Positions 60,669-64,000 of a stretch of DNA of 64,000 nucleotides are shown here, one piece after another; the stretch's first letter is position 1; every line of letters begins with the position of its first letter. The position numbers and the translations under genes are program-made. The notes beneath the pieces were generated by a model. It had not been told where the DNA came from. It ran no database searches and worked only from the letters and a program-made list of their open reading frames with translations. The stretch comes from Eledone cirrhosa (Eukaryota), in NCBI GenBank assembly GCA_964016885.1, contig OZ024747.1, positions 93,806,001 through 93,870,000 on the forward strand, in the 5' to 3' direction.

Positions 60669-61189
60669 TATATATATATATAATATATATACACAGTTTA
60701 TCAAACTTCTTTCGTCATACATCTGTGACATCATCAGTTTCCACCTATTGTATTGTAATGTCTACGTCATTTTTATTTAACCAACCAGTGTATATATATA
60801 TATGTTATTATTTCTGGCAATATTATTACAATATGACCCTCCCCAAGTATAACAATATATATATGTATATATAAATGTATTTACAGACACATATATACGC
60901 ATACAAGCACACATATACATTTATATACGCATATATATATATATATACTTAAACCTAAATACACACATATACAGATACACATATATACACACATACATAC
61001 ATATGTATATATATATATACGTAATTACAGTTACAAATTCTTTTGATATATACGCATGTATGTATGTTTATATATATATATAAACATACATACATGCGTA
61101 TATATCAAAAGAATTTGACTATACACATTATACACACATAATATAATAAATAAGTGTTAAATATACCAAGAAAGAAATATTTGCGTATC

Positions 61190-61870
61190 TGGCGAAGAAT
61201 TCAAGATGTCTGAATTTGGCGGAAAAGATGTTATTTCAGCTTCCGTCAGTGAACGAACGTTTTAAACTCACTTTTAATTTTTTTAAACAATTATTTCTAT
61301 AATAGAAATGAATATATATTTGTTTGCATTCATTAAATAATATAAATATATAAATATATAAATATATATACCAAACTTACATGCAATAACCGTAGGTGTA
61401 TAACGAACACCTTTTTCGTAAATAACATTAGAATGATTTTTTTCACTAACGTTTGTTTTAATTTGAAATAATTATTACAGCTATAAAAATGAATATATTT
61501 TAATTTTCATCCATTAAATAACATAAATATAAATGTATTAAAATTATAAACAACCGTTTTTTTTTGGTTAACGGAATATGGGGATTTTGTTTCTTAAAAT
61601 CACTTTTTTTTTTATTTAAAATAATTTCTCCGGTAATAAAATTGAATATATATTTGTTTTCTATCATTAAATAACAAAAATATTAGTAAATAAATATTGT
61701 ATTTATGATTAACACTGATATTTCTGGCGGAAAAGTTTCGTGTCTTCTTGCCATAACTCCGTAAATTGATGAAACATTTAAAAAAAAAAAAACACTTTTG
61801 TTTTATATATAAACAATTATAACAATAATAAAAATGATTGTATTTTGATTTCCATGTATTAAATAACAAA
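61190..61870 (-). promoter_or_regulatory. Candidate MEI1 promoter and 5' UTR exon region
   Basis: Minus-strand donor GTAAGT at 61380-61375, E2F-like TGGCGGAAAAG at 61217 and 61725, and MYB-like AACCGT at 61388 and 61552. Short motifs only. Confidence 0.25.
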
Positions 61871-61883
61871 TATATATATATAT

Positions 61884-63056
<1,173 letters not shown>

Positions 63057-63057
63057 T

Positions 63058-63075
63058 TGGTAACCCCGACGTGAT
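63058..63075 (+). promoter_or_regulatory. Primer binding site complementary to the tRNA-Trp 3' end
   Basis: TGGTAACCCCGACGTGAT matches the canonical Trp PBS TGGTGACCCCGACGTGAT at 17 of 18 positions. Confidence 0.85.
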
Positions 63076-64000
63076 ACGAACACGCAGCCGTTCATTGTTA
63101 TAAGTGGTCACCCCGAAAAAAAAAAAATAGCAGAATCTGGTGTTGTGTGAGTAACATTACGAATACACAGCAAATTTATTGACAAACTATGAAAATACTC
63201 AAAGAAACGCACACACGCACATGTGAAATTCGCGTTCAGACAGACCATTTCTCTCACGCATCAACTAACTGTCGCATTTCACGATATATATATATGTTTC
63301 TCGTTTCTTACAACGAACACTTTTCAAAACAAAAAGAAAAAAAAAGAAATTTGATTTTTTTTTTTTTAAAACATTTCAACAGGAACATTTATTTTCGATG
63401 ACCCATTGCCCTTTTTTTTTTTTTTCATCGTTTTCTTCATCGTTCAAGTTTTTTTTCCAAAGTTCACACCAATATTTATGCTGAGTGAAGCCTTTCTTTT
63501 GCATCATTGTCACTTTCACACTTGCACTATCATTTTCTCGCGCGTTAGAAATATTATTTTTTCAACCTAACTTAACCTTGTATTGGCACGTGTAGGCAGC
63601 ACAAATTCTCAACTCACGGAGATATCTCGACTCACAGAGATAGCCGCACGCCAGAGATAACGTTTCTCGCCAAGGATTCTTCAGCCTTAAGCTATATTCT
63701 CCTATTTGCCGGTTTAAAAATTTACCACGTAAATTTGCCGTTGAAAACTGCGCATTTATTCAGAATGCTTATTTCTTTGGTCGCTGGCCTCTTGACCCTT
63801 CCAGGTCAACGCATTCTCAACAGCGACCATCAACTTCGGCTGTTATTTCTAGCACTTTGCGCAACTCATTTTTTCCGAAAATTTTTTTTTTTACTGTGAA
63901 TTTAAACACCGAATACGCTCACTCCGCGAGACAGCAACACAGCTTCACCAACAACCAAAACCAGCAGAACAAGCCAGAGAATTTATTTTTGCAGCACTCT

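Noticed and set aside
56940-60874. Long S/H/T/L-rich plus-strand ORFs (877, 658, 601 aa)
   Set aside because: Antisense translations of the 80-bp RTE-derived satellite; the same applies at 46376-47452 and 28717-29434.

Overview
Eukaryotic, AT-rich and repeat-dominated animal DNA. The SINE, RTE and (TA)n repertoire suggests a cephalopod such as Octopus (inference). The window is almost entirely one host gene on the minus strand: a MEI1 (meiosis inhibitor protein 1) orthologue. I assembled 21 phase-consistent GT-AG coding exons from 57040 down to 7795 (2775 nt, 925 codons); the gene continues past position 1. Its introns hold at least three RTE-clade LINE families (one near-intact 1006-aa ORF with a PHD-type finger inside the RT region), tRNA-derived SINEs, CR1 and CRE fragments, a DD37D maT transposon, a Helitron-like element and a piggyBac-like MITE. 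They also hold several Penelope-like elements with inverted pseudo-LTRs and hammerhead ribozymes, and many satellites derived from TE fragments. A probable LTR with a tRNA-Trp PBS lies upstream at the right end. Most notable: hammerheads with a large stem II insert, Penelope-tail palindromes with flip/flop loops, a SINE assembled from two RTE 3' ends, a staged series of LINE-derived satellites, a recurrent 25-bp micro-element, and a duplicated in-frame MEI1 splice donor. All calls were made by eye and protein comparisons are from memory; no searches were run.
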